Below the pieces are notes generated by a model. The model was not told the DNA's origin. It searched no databases and saw only the letters and a list, made by a program, of their open reading frames with translations. A stretch of 63,585 nucleotides of DNA, filler included, from Bigelowiella natans CCMP2755 (Eukaryota > Protista > Cercozoa), in the NCBI GenBank assembly GCA_000320545.1. It is 4 parts of 4 records of this genome, joined end to end, with 100 filler letters (N's around TTAATTAATTAA, not from the genome) between each part and the next. Parts side by side here need not be neighbours in the genome. Positions count along the whole stretch, not along the records: positions 1 to 28,699 come from ADNK01000917.1; 3 more parts are not named here. One strand, written 5' to 3'. The position numbers were made by a program, and so were the translations under genes. Below, piece by piece: positions 1 through 13,299 of the stretch (positions within the stretch are counted from its first letter, which is position 1; every line of letters starts with the position of its first letter).

Positions 1-118
1 AGCTGTAGTATCAACTAGTGGTGTACGAGGACTACACATTACTACTACTACTATTATTACTACTACTACTTCATCTATTACTGGCCACGTATTGTACGAC
101 TATACCAACACCACCAGC

Positions 119-149
<31 letters not shown>

Positions 150-246
150 TGGATACGTGCTAGGTGTGTCTGCTACTGCTACTACTGCTCGTCCTACTAC
201 TAGATTATCACCCCTTAAATATTATTATTGCCATTTTCACCTACAG

Positions 247-371
247 GCGGCTGTCTAGAGCACATTGCAATAGTAAGCAAGATTTCCGCAGCTTCAGAAC
301 GGTAAAGTGGTCTATCAAGCTCAGATGGCATCGTCACGTTGGGAGGAGACATTGGCTATGAACACTGACGA

Positions 372-407
<36 letters not shown>

Positions 408-602
408 GCACTTGCTTACAGGTCCTCTACTTTGTCCGCGTGATCGTCGCTAATGCTTTGAGTCACGACACGAAGTCCTGGGCTACCTACTACCAAAACT
501 ACAAGTCAGGCTCCTACAACAACCAGGTCCCTGTGATCATATAGCAATAATACGCATATAACAACCAGCAACTTTTAATAAATACTACATGCTCCCGCCA
601 TC

Positions 603-642
<40 letters not shown>

Positions 643-1408
643 GTGTGTGTGGTCAATAGTAGATTATCTGCACCTCTTCTGCTCAGCAGCAATGTTTGTC
701 TTCGTTGTTTCGCATGCTGTCGTGCACAAAATGACTCTTCGTGCGTATTATCATATTATCACCATGGCCCTTGATATGCAGTGGATGGTACTTGACCTGG
801 CCAAATTTTCGCCGGGGCAAAAACCTTTGCCAGCAGATTTATTTATGGTTCTCGAAGAGGTATATTCTAATATTTTCGTGCATGTTTCCTCTTTTTTGGT
901 TTTCATTTTAGGAGGGGGGGGCGGGGGGGCGAGATAACCATTGTCGTTGTCTAACCGTTAAGATCTGCGTTGTTTGTGTGTGTATGAGAGGTGGTAGTTT
1001 GTGCAGTACTGGCTGCATTAACGGTGGTGAATACGGCGTTGTTGATGATCAGGCACCTGGCCTGATATATGCAGAGGATATGACGTCACATCTGGAATAT
1101 CAACGGTAAACTCATGCGATTTCCATGAAACAACATCGTTTTATAATAACCATCGTCGTCGTCGTCATCATCAATCATCAATCATCAATGATCAAGCATC
1201 AATCATCACCAATCATTATCACCATACCGTATCGCTTTCTAGCTTGGTTTCAAATCACGTGTTGTGGGTAGGTACTGGCCGTCGTTCAACGTAGCTTTCT
1301 TTCCCAAGATAAGAGCTATAACTGGGGAACGAAGTAATGTAGATAATACCCTTCCAAAGAGGGAGACTTTACACGCGCGCGCGGTGCGTGTCTGTCTGTC
1401 TGTCTGTC

Positions 1409-1449
<41 letters not shown>

Positions 1450-1496
1450 TAGAGATTCTGTGAGTGGCGCGTCGTGCGTATTCGCCACCATCGTTC

Positions 1497-1533
<37 letters not shown>

Positions 1534-2545
1534 ATTTCGCTGGTTCATTTGTGTTTACAGCTAAATGGGACGAAGCCGTCCGCTATAGACTATTCAGGTA
1601 CTAGTAGTACTGGTAGTAGAAGTCGTAGTCGTAATAATGATGGATAACAGAACCCACTTCCAAGCTCTTCTTCGCCGAGACAGAATCGCGCATGTTTGTG
1701 ATGATAGCAATTTACTGTTTGCGTAGCTCGTTGGAGTCTTCGGTGTCCGATCTTTCCTCGATGAAAAAGGTACTCTTAAGGAGAATACGGGGTTGTAGTG
1801 AAAAGGCTCAAGTATTCATTTCATCGTCTTTCAATGTATATCTGTTGTTGTCATTTCTTACCGGATGCAATATGTGCAGGTGATGGGGTGGAACCTTTTC
1901 CAGAAATCTCCACTCTCTACCTCGGCGAATGATGCTATCATGGCCCGCGGGGATCTGGGTACATTGCCTCGAGAATATCATCATTTATATACATATACAC
2001 ACACATCACTTTTCATACAAATTCACGTGCGCGCGCGCGCGCGCACATGCATATGTACGTGCACACCCACACTGTTTTCCATATCCAATTCGTCCAACTA
2101 CAACACATCCAGAGTCTGCCCGTCCTCAATCCCTGTATTTTTATCGCAGTGGGAAGCGGCAGAGCAGGGGGGGGGATCGACAGCAAGGCAACGTCAATCA
2201 TGACCATCAAACGCGGAGGGGCTCTCACCACAGCCGCACGAGCAGGTGCATGCATTGTGAGGAATGGGATGGGGAACATGGGGTGGTTTGTCAAGGGAGA
2301 TGGGTAGGGATGATAGCGTGATGATGATGGAAAGACGATGGTTTCCCCTGTCGCAAGTGTGGAAACTTTACCAACGGGGTTTCACCCCCGCGACAGAGCG
2401 AAAGTGCCTACATCGTCGATGATATCATCATTACCCGAGAATTGCACGGGATCCGATCATCCTCTGCTCTGTTGTTCTTCTGAGACGGCTTCTTTTCTCA
2501 GAAGATGCAGAGCGCATTTGTGTGTGCAGCTTTTAATTGTGCGTG

Positions 2546-2579
<34 letters not shown>

Positions 2580-2704
2580 TTCTTCTCATTCTCACCATAG
2601 GCCCGACAAATGACGATCAGGTGAATGCCATAACACACTCATAGATATATCATCATTGTCAGCACACACACACATCGCATCACATACACTCCCAATAATG
2701 GACG

Positions 2705-2744
<40 letters not shown>

Positions 2745-2871
2745 GCATGATAGTAACATATAGCGGATAACGTAATCAGCCGCCATTTTGCTGGACGCCT
2801 AGGTTTGCAGGAACACCACACGCTGGTAGTTATTACGAGTATTCGATGATAATGATACTGACTGCAATTGA

Positions 2872-2912
<41 letters not shown>

Positions 2913-3398
2913 AACGATTTGGACGTTCTCATTGAATTTGAAGGGTTGACCTTGCTTGTTGGTTTGCCATGGAGCTGACTGCACAAAAATATTGATATCC
3001 ATAATCGGATATGCCGTCGTCGCGTATGTGCGTGTGCCTTTGCTCTATGAGCACACTACAGCAGCAGCAGCAGCAGCAGTTGATATTCACAAATCCTTTT
3101 CATATGCACCACAACCACCTTCTTTGTAGCACCCACCTCCTACCTCGTCGCTATCATCATCGTGTCCTCTTCCTCTTAATCATCGTCGCCTTCATCGTCA
3201 TTATCATCATTTTTTCCCCCCTTATTTTCTCCGTGACAGGTCATCCGCACTGCTACGACTTCTCCTGGCAGTCTTTCGAGCCGAAACTATCGTGGTTCGG
3301 CGGCCCCTCATCACCTACCGTCCCCCCCACCGGCAAAGACGATAAAGAGAAGGGTGATGCTACTGCTGTGAAACGTAAGCATTTGTTTGGTCTATAGC

Positions 3399-3436
<38 letters not shown>

Positions 3437-3660
3437 TGCGTGTATCATCGAGGTAATAAGCTGAAAAGGAGAGTGAATATACATCAGGAGAGTCGTCGGT
3501 GGGAGGTTCGTTTGTTTTCCCCAGCGTTACGTGCGGCCGGGATAATGCAGCGCAGCTCGACAGCAGCCTCAAAGATGTCCTGGAGCAGCGAAATCCTAAA
3601 AGTAAGCTGGAGATCATGCTAGTGATAGCGGATGGGAATGATGATGAAGAGGAGGAAAAA

Positions 3661-3697
<37 letters not shown>

Positions 3698-5164
3698 GGC
3701 CGTCGTTGTCGTCGTCATCGTCGTCGTGGTTGTCTTGCTCGAGAGTCCTTTGTTGTGAAACGTATGTTTTTGTGTAAATACCGCCCCATTATCCGGAACG
3801 ACTCCCGACTCCCTCGGGTGGTTGATGGCGCAGCGTCGGCAAGCGTCAGCACCGGATGTGGAGCAAGCGGTGTATAGAAATATAATATGTTAATATCAGA
3901 GAAAGAAGAAGAAAATATCTGCTTGCTTTGTTGTTGTTGTTGTTGTTGATGATGATGATGATGATGATGATGCCAAAGATTATGATTTATGAGGATCAGG
4001 GACCGATCTTGTACAATGTCGCTGTTTCGTTTCTCCTTCATCTCCTCTCAATCTTCGTCATCAGCTTCTTCTCTCTCTTATCCCCCCCCCCCCTTTCTTA
4101 TTTACCTCCTTTCCTCCAGTGGTCACATCGGAATTCCAAGTTTCTGGACTAACCCTCGACGACGCGACGGTTTCTTTCAGAATGGAGGAGGGGGGGGGGG
4201 ATGGGTTGGAGATTTCAGAAGAATGAATACGTGTGCAGGAAGTTGCTCTTGCCTCTTTTATGATCCCTTTATGTATATGGATATGATATTAGTCCTTTCT
4301 TTCTCCTTCGGTATCATCGTTTTGATGGCAGACGTTTGTCGCGAATGCGGAAAGCAACAATGTCACCGCGTTGGTGGGAATATCCTTCGAACAACGGTAA
4401 AAAGAATGCATGCTATGTGTGATGAGAAAGTGGGGGGGGGGGGGGGGATATCCTTCAGACGAAGGTAAAAAGAATGCATGGCACCGCAGCAGAATCAAAC
4501 AATGCGCGTCCTTTGTAAGCGTTTCAAAGGGTCATGATGTAAAGTACCCTGGGATAGTGATGGTGAATAAAGAACGGGTTAGGTGTTCTTTATCGTGATC
4601 CGACACACAGAGATGCAGTCGTCTTGTTCAAAATTAACTCGGTCTTTTCTTCGGGCCCCCTCCTCCTGTTTCCGCGGCTGCAGATATGGCAGTATCCGAG
4701 TCGGGGCTGTGCACATTATTCCAACGGAGAATGACGGGCTGCACAATACATCGGCAAAGGTACTAACACGAAAACTGGAAACCTGCATCATCAACGCAGC
4801 AGCGGAGAGATATAGCAATACAGCGATAAACATGTCGCACCCTCGTACAACGGCCAAGCTCATAATGCCTCTTCCTCGCGTGCTTATGAACTCTCCTTCT
4901 TCTTCTTCTTTTTCATCTTCCATGTATCTCCCGCGTCTTCTCCTAATTCGTGGGAAACAGAAGAGACTGGGTCGTGGGTTGGGGTCGCTGTTTAGCGTTG
5001 TCGTTGGGACAATCGCAGGGGTCTGCATCTTCCTCGCAATGCTGCGTCATATGGTCAAGGGAGAAAGTAATAACTCCAGCGCGAAGGTAGGAATTTGCCA
5101 CTGAATGCATTATTTGCATATTTCGTTTCATAATACATAATATTTGTGCGTGTGCGTGTGTGCG

Positions 5165-5210
<46 letters not shown>

Positions 5211-5583
5211 CATCTACATGTTTTCCCAGGGGAACGAAGTGCCACACGTTGAATTGCAAAACATGGAAGACGATGATTACGACGACAACGGTGAAGAGGG
5301 CCCTTCCATTGCTACTGCTGCACTTCAGGGGGGGGGCTTCACTCAAAGCCTCGCGTCTTCATCCACATTGGATTCGAACTTAAATTCGGGGATAAAAGCT
5401 GATATGATCACCACCGCTGTTGTTCTCCAATCTGCTGAAGAAGGGGAACAAGTTGGCTATCATCATCATCATCATCACCATCATCAAGTCGCCGCCGCGG
5501 TAGTAGTTGGAAGCGATAATGAGGATGATGATGATGATGATGTGCTGACGGTGGGGTTTAGGGAAGCCGGTGATGATGGCTAG
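247..5583 (+). CDS. Phospholipase B-like (PLBD/Ntn-hydrolase family) protein, 5'-truncated, multi-exon, with C-terminal extension containing a TM helix and acidic tail
   Basis: Spliced exons give VRVIVANAL...YKSGSYNNQ (422-526) | WMVLDLAKFSPG...VLEE (782-859) | APGLIYAEDMT | YWPSFNVAFFP, then AIMARGDL, GGIDSKATS, GPTNDDQ|PPFCW..F..TPHA|GHPHCYDFSW. This matches the PLBD motif order (NSGTYNNQWM, YW.SYN.P, I.ARGDL, G.ID.K, GPT, GHP..F.F.W). Later exons give TM LFSVVVGTIAGVCIFLAML (~4990-5045) and stop at 5581-5583. Extension exon boundaries are approximate. Confidence 0.85.
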
Positions 5584-5749
5584 ATGTGTGTTGTTAATGA
5601 CACTGATTATGATGGTGATGGTGACGGGTGATGATGATGATAATGATGAGGGGAAATACTACTTAAGGTAGGCCAACAAGGCACATGTAAAGATATGTAA
5701 ATATTGATCGGAAGAAATTATATCATAAAGCCACCAATGCAAGCGTATT

Positions 5750-6480
5750 AGACTATGTGCAGGTATTGTTTCGCATCGTAACGCGTGCCATGATAGCTAG
5801 ATAGATGGCTGTGCGTTCGTTTCAGCTATAGATATCATTACACGAGTAGGCGCTAGCCTGTCGATGTGTGCGCCTGCACTCATGACATGCACGTCACTGT
5901 GCTTGTATAATTAGCTTATTAGTTGCGATGCGGATGCACTAGCTGCGCAGTTAGTCGTTCGTTCTAGCGTTGCTGTCAATCACATCAACGCCTAGCATCG
6001 GTAGCATATAGCCTAGCAGCGTGTAGCGTCGATGAGTAGCTGGTGTGGCGCACAGCTAGACACTGGAGACTGTGTCACTCACCGTTGTAACAGTGATCAC
6101 TGTTACAATATATCATATGTAGGCACATACCGCTGCATAGGATATGATTATATTTGTATGTCTATCATCTGCCCGTATTGTACGACAGCATCAGCTAATA
6201 CATGGACGACAGAGCAAATAGATGCTTTTAAATGCATGAAACACATAGTAGACGAGACAAATAGATATAACCTAAGCGCTGTATCCTCTGCTTTACATAG
6301 CTACATTAGGATGACTATTGAAAAGATCTAGAGATTAAATCACTTTATTACATAATAGACACAGTAAAATCCCATCGCATCTGCTAGCAAAGTATTGTGT
6401 CATAATAGTCTACTATTCTCATATGCGCATTGCAAGCGTTGCTAGGCTAGTAATTAATTAACTGAGCGGCACGTAACGCT
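5750..6480. repeat. CTAG/TGCA/CATG-rich degenerate repeat tract in convergent spacer 1 (contains repeat copy A at ~6200-6330)
   Basis: About a dozen CTAG sites in ~730 nt by hand count; 6200-6330 aligns with the reverse complements of 37110-37290 and 37650-37790. Confidence 0.7.
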
Positions 6481-6488
6481 TCCTGTTT

Positions 6489-9400
6489 TTATCTTCGTGG
6501 TGGTCTCACTCTCTCCGGAGCCTCACCTTTTCTTTTCATCTTCAGGACCTTGTTGGCAGTGTTCTCCAACGAACTCAATGTTCCGCTCGCACATGTGGCG
6601 ATTCCAGCTGTGGGCTTCGCAAAGACTCCAAGCAATCCCTTGCCGACACCTTTAAAGAACCCTTTCACACCTCCTTTTTTTGCACCTTTCAAAGGATCAG
6701 CCACCAATCCCTTCACCCCACCCAGGATTCCTCTGCCTACCACTTCGGCTCCAGACAGCAACCCCACCCCTATGTGCCCTTTCTTCGCCCTCTCATTGGC
6801 ATTATTGGTAGCACGAATGAAATCATCGTCCATGGAGAGCATCGCAAGCCCCTTGCCCAGCGTGCCCGTGACTTTACCAGCAGCTCCCACAGTGCTGACG
6901 ACAGTCTTCCCCAGAAGAGTTTTCGTGCCCCTGCGCACCCCTTTGGCGAATCCGATGAGACTAGGATCCTCCACGACGCCTTCGATTGGGTCCTTAAAAA
7001 ACGATTCCACCCCTTCTGCCATGCCGGTCAAAAGTCCAACAGGATTGCCGAAAAGATCTGCCCCGAAGATGATCCTCATGCATTGTCTTCTCATGTCATC
7101 TATGTACTTCTGCGAAACCTTATCAACAAGCGTGTTGGACGAAAGATTGACGTTATGCATCTTGACGTGGTCGAACATAATCTTGGAATCTGTGATGGAC
7201 GCCAGATTCATCAGCGCATAAACGCCCCTTCCCCTCGTCGAGGAGTTACACTGGAAGGACAACGACAGGAGAATACTATGAAGCTCTAGAAAGGCTATGA
7301 CGATGCTACTCTCGTCAGCACTAGGAATAATGTGAACATCACAAAACCGTACATACGATTTCGGGATAAGACCACACTGCTTTTCCATATCATCATCTCG
7401 AAGCGTGAGGACAATGGTTCGACTTAGCAGTCTAAATTCTTCATAAACACTCCCAAGGCGTTTCAAAAAATCAAATTCTAGCCTCACGTCACATGCCTGC
7501 AAGAGTACACTTACATAAGAAAACACCATGCTGTTCCATCTAAGCCTGCGGTGCAAACAGCCAGCCTGTGGGTTCACGACTTCCTCTAGTGAATCATCGC
7601 CCTCCGGGTCGAAATGGTGCATTCTACGGCCTAGCGGCCTGTTGTGCGATGTGGGAATCGTATATTTCGAGACTCCGAAGTCCATCTTCGAACGATTGAG
7701 CGAGACCTGGAGAATGTGCTTGGAGGAAGTTTTTGAGCGGTGGACAATCACTGGGTACAAGGCATCTAAGCGCTGGTTGTCAATCTGCACGCGCGCGACG
7801 TCAATTTTTAGGGTCTCCTGCTCAATGCTATCCGTGTGGACGGCACAAATGCCATGCACGGAGAGATGCAGCAGCTCCATCTCTTCTCCCATCGCGACAT
7901 TTTCAGTCAGCAGTACTCCGACCCTGGGAAGGTGCAGCGATATCTTTTTACCCCAGTGAGTGTTTGGAACGTCTCGCACCTCTTGCACAAGTTGGACATC
8001 AAGATTCGACTGACCATCTGCACCTCTCAACAGCGAATGCCACTTCGTCACTCGGACGTCCCCGCCCATTCTCAGGTTAACCGATGCGGACGCAATGATG
8101 TGTGAATTCCAACCGCAGCCATGTGACCATGGGACACGTAGTCGGGCCTGGATCGTCATGCGCTTGCGCTCATCGTAGAGAAATGCTTTGGGAATTCTGA
8201 ACGAGAAGTCGACATCCTCAACATTAATCTTACCATCCCTGCAGAGATCGAAGCACACACTTTGCATAGTGGCTTCAATCACCACGACACAGACTAAGCG
8301 GTTTAATGCCTCTGGCCCTAAAAGATCATAGTCATTCAGCAGTGCGCCGCGTACTCCTCTGACCTTACAGAAGACAGAGACAGTTGACATTGAGATGTAT
8401 GAGTTCCCGGCAGTAGCTGCTAGCTTGGACTCCATACCAAGGTCTTCTAGCCTCTTCTTCTCGCAAATAGCGAGATCGTAGAACCGTCTCGATGTCATTA
8501 GCTTGGGACGAAATAGGTGAAACAATCTAGCACGCTGTTGATGCATGCGCTCGACCGTGGAGTACTTGTCTAGTATTGAGGAATGGGTGGCGCCTTGAGC
8601 AGATTCCTCGTGGCCAAGCTTGGACTTAATTTTTCTCATTTGTTCTCGTAGCACAACTATGGACGTCTTAAGGTGGTGTAGTTGCCTCTCCAGAACCCTC
8701 ATTTCGCGAATCTGCAGCGGAGCCACTCCGAAAGGGCTGATGGGCTGTACGTCCGGAGCGTCCTCAGATATGCAAATCACCTTCACCGGGCCCATGATGT
8801 TCACGAAGACATGGACGTCATAGGGCTTTAATCCGCTCCACTTGGGCTGCAGCCTTAGTGTCATCCTTCTCATCTCAGTGCCACTTGTAAGCGTCAGCAA
8901 CAGAAAATGTTCGGCGGTGGAGTCAGAGTTTGCATCGTCGAGGCGAATCACGATCTTCGGTTCCTTGGGATGCGTGAAGACATCCGTTAGCGCGAATTGG
9001 ACGTTACGGAGCGGGGGCACGCACATGCATCGCGCGTCCATCTTCGGGACGTGCTGCTGGACAAAGAACGACTCACGCATGCAGCGGTTCTCCACCCTAT
9101 AAGGAAGGGTAATGGGGATCTCGCTGCCGGATGTACCAACAATGGAGATGAATACAAAGATTCTCGGCGTACGGCAGCGCACCTCGATTTTTGCGAAGGT
9201 TGTGAGTTTTGATTTTTTGTCGTAGAGCTCCAGTATGAACTCCGTGGGTTTGTCGATTCGGAAGAAACCCGACCATCTACAGACCTTCCTCTCCGACTCC
9301 AGCGACGAAAGCTCCCCATCTCTTTCGATGCAACGAAATCGCAGCGCCCTCTCATTCTCTATACTGGGCCAGTGAAATGCGCAAGAGAACTCCGCAGGGA

Positions 9401-11574
9401 TCTGGAATGCGTCGGTTTTGAGGTCTGTTCCGTGCTGCATTAACTGGATGTCGGAGTGTGCGTTATTCACGATTGTCACGGCAGGGAATAACGACACGAT
9501 GTTCGTCATTCCCCAGGTTTCATCACCCTTAGTCACAGAGTGTCCGATGCTATAACAGGGCACAAACTTAGACCCTACAGATTTTCTCTCCGCGGGGATT
9601 GTGATTACCCCCTGCTCTCCCTCCACGTCCGCTGATATTGCTTGGTCGCTCCACATGGAAGCTACGGCTTCTCCGCCCTCGATATTGCTTCTGAACGATA
9701 GATTAAGGATCTGTAGAATGACTAAATTGTAGAATTTTGCGGCAGCGTGGTCCCAGAACTCGATCTCCTCTCTTGAGCCGTTTTTGTTGATGAATTCGAT
9801 CCTGCTCGAGCCTGACTTTGTCGAGCTTTGGTGTTGTGTGTGCAATATATCCGCCAGCCTGATGCGTTTCTTCATCGAGGCACTTGAGAACACCAAGACG
9901 CTTGACTCAGTGAGGATGATGGAAATCTTCGTCTTGCGACTCCCGCCCCTCCCCGCCGTCCTAACTCGGAAATAGTAAATTGGATCTTCCTTTGCTCCCA
10001 GGGAGTTGTCCTTTAGACATGACAGCATGAAACCCAATGCATTCTTGGCGGCCTTGTTCCATCGCAGCACTGACGATGGGCATGTACCGATCGATAAAGA
10101 GTGCTGCTTTCGGTTCACGGAGGGCTGCGCTCGGATGTATATGCGGCGCCTCTGTTTCTTCGAGTGAGGTCGTTGAAACGAGAACATCTCGGCAGACGCA
10201 ATCCGCGCTCCGCTCTCAATATCTATCTTTTCAGCATTTGATACGTGCTTGAAGGTGTTCATATTCTTCCCCCTTCGTGGGAGAAGTTTCGATTTGTTTT
10301 CAGAAAGAATGAGGTTGAGGCCTGTTGTATCGAAGATCCAGAGGTCTACCGAAAAGGTGACGAAAATGGTGCTATTAATCATATCAACCGTAGCAGTGAC
10401 TTTCAGCTCCTTCCCCAATGGATCCACCAGCACGATGTGTCTCTGCTCGCTGATCTCAGTGTTCTCACTACAGGGTCTGAGCGCACCAAACTCCAGCTGA
10501 TGGGAAAATCTCTCACCCACCGACGGCATACGGATTCTAATGGCGAACGCCTCCTCCGTGGAGAGGCAGGTCACGTTCGCGCTGGCTCCTGGGTGCAACG
10601 ATATCTCTCGCAGCCCGACGTTCTTGCGGAGGCATCGGACATCAACGAGATCAGGCAGACTATTCTTGATGCACATCGCCGGAAACAACTTCACTTCATC
10701 CATCCTTTCATCGCTATTCTCCACATACTGTACAATCGTAAACCACGGGATCTTGCCTTCAGAATGGACAATCACATTTGTTTTTTGCGGTTTCGGACAC
10801 ACCGACATTCTTGACCATCTATACTCACCCCCCGCAGGTCTAAAGTACATCTCGACACCCTGCATGCGGGATCCGAGACCAGATCCTATGAGTGTCGGAA
10901 GATGCACTGAAGTCTTGGCTGGAACTGTCTTCCAAACTCCACAGTCATCGTCGTCTTGACCCGACGAAATCGGCATGCCTTGCGACAGCAGCCGAATCTC
11001 TACAGCACAAGACATGGCATTAGTGACTAGCCATTTGGAGTGGAACCTCATGCTTTTCTTTCCCTTCAAAACCTCCACTGAACACCGTAAGCCAAGGTCA
11101 ACGCCATCCAGTTTTAGTACTGAGGTCGATACTTTGTCAAGATCAACAGAGAAGACAGCAGGCAATAGCTTTGCATCATCACTGGTGCTGGGAAGATAAC
11201 GGACTCTGCTGCCGCCGCCGCCGCCACTCTTTATGTCTAGCGGCAAGTTATCGACTCTCATGACGACCTGGAACCTCTCCCAATCTCCGCGATTCTTCCC
11301 ATCGCACCTGACGATGCCGTTGGGCGTGATTTGCAAAGTATTTCTAGAGGAGCGAGACAAGAAGAAGAAGAAGCCGTCTCGCTCTTCGATCAACCAGTGT
11401 GACAAGGGGACGAATTTTCCTCTTTCGGTTTTCGGCTGGAATGTGCAGGCACCATTTTGAAGGCAGTATAGGTACGTATTGTCCTTGAGGGACTTAATCA
11501 TGTAGAATCCTACTACATCTGCTGCCCTTTCAATTTTTATAGCTTCCCATTCATCCTGAAAGTTGTAAGATATG

Positions 11575-11610
<36 letters not shown>

Positions 11611-13217
11611 ACTCAAGGCATCCAGGTCCCTCCTCCCCTTCTTATTACCTCCCCCTTCTGTATATAGCATACTGCTCACTTCCTTAGCCCTCGCCCACAC
11701 ATGCAACAGGGAGAAAAAAGGAAAAAGGAAAACCCATTCGAATAAATAGCGTACCAGATTCTCATTAGCAGCCCTAGCCACACCCCTGCCCGCATTCTGT
11801 ACCACTAGTCCATCTCGTCCCTTAAGGTACACAATCCTGTACGTGATTAAGCTGACCTCCCTAGGAGTCATGTACACCCTTATGCTTTCCCATTCCATTC
11901 GATTGTGGTTCTCACACCTCACCACTCCGCGATTCTTTGTAACCTGTAGCACTTTACGGCTCTGTGCAGATACGAAGTAGTGATATCCATTCCTAACCTC
12001 AACAATCCATTGATCCCACGTGAAATAATTGCGTGAGTTGTCAAATCTACACACGCCGGTTTTAGAGCATTGAAGATGTCTATTGTCTCTCTGAGACACA
12101 AGGATAAAACGCCCGTTTGGAAGCATTGCCGCCCTCATCCTCTCCCAGTCGCCCAAGTTGCGATCATTGGCGACCGCGTTGTTGTGGTTTCTATTCTGTA
12201 GCATTTGGCCAGTGTGGCACTGGAGATATATCTCCAAGGGCCTTGGTAAGGGCTTATTGCCACCCCCCATCTCCCGTACGATTAAAGGCCTAATTCGAGC
12301 ACGCCTAGTGCTGTCTGTAAGCTTGACTGAACTAAAGGGGCCGACGATAATTCTCTTTCCACTCTTCTTTTGATCGGCGGATTCGATCACGATGGGTATC
12401 TCGGTTTCGTTCGAGATGGTCTGTGCATCGGATGTCTTCTCTTCGTCGATGCCGATGAGTCCCAGCTCCTCCCGTTTCCCTTCCCGGTTTTCATTGAAGA
12501 TCCTTGTGTGCTCTCTCATGGATCTAAGCAAGCCTTGTGTTAGGTGAAGATCGACCGTGCTACCAGTGGTAACAGACATCGAGTGGTGGGTCTTGGCGGT
12601 GAGAGCGTTGCGATTCTGCATGAATTGCTTAATGGATTGCAGCATGTCCTGCGGCTCGACTGTGGGGTGGACAATCGATCTTACCGAGAGTGTCGCTCCG
12701 AACAACGGGATGAGGTGTCTCCACTGTTGGCGTTCTACGTCGTTGAAATCGAGAGAAATATTGACTGACAAGCCCAATGATGTGGAATGAGAGAATTTTT
12801 TGGTCTCCATGTGTGAATTCTGCACCATGAGCCTGCAGACGGGAATCTGAAGGTTGGAAAGATCATTTACGAGTGTTAAGCGTAGTTCCTTGGATTCCAT
12901 CTCGAAGTTCCAATCGAAAGAAGACTCTGAACAAGGAGAAGATTTGAGTTATGATATAATGTAAGGACGTGTATATTCATGTATATATATATTTATGAAC
13001 GACTATCAGGATAAGTATTAGCCAAATTCACAAGAATATCGACGGCGCTACAACCCAATTGAAATCGTTTGAACGAAACGAAATGCTTGAAATCGAACGA
13101 AAGGACACCTTTTGTTGGAACAATGTTCCTATTCTCCACTTGGGCGTTTTGCTCTTCTGAAGCGATTTTACCCTTTGCTTCGTCCTCTGCCAAGCTCATT
13201 ATATCCCCTTTCACCTG

Positions 13218-13252
<35 letters not shown>

Positions 13253-13258
13253 AGAATT

Positions 13259-13299
<41 letters not shown>

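Noticed and set aside
6190-6330. WTTEQIDAFKCMKH resembling the Ty3/Gypsy RT-RNaseH connection (WT.E...AF..LK) or a DDE R..IE motif
   Set aside because: Too short and too degenerate; no flanking RT/RNaseH or transposase motifs, so the element class is left unassigned.
6550-10959. Long plus-strand ORFs opposite VPS13, and minus-strand ORFs opposite BEACH (44190-50453)
   Set aside because: Antisense shadows of long coding exons, with no independent motifs.
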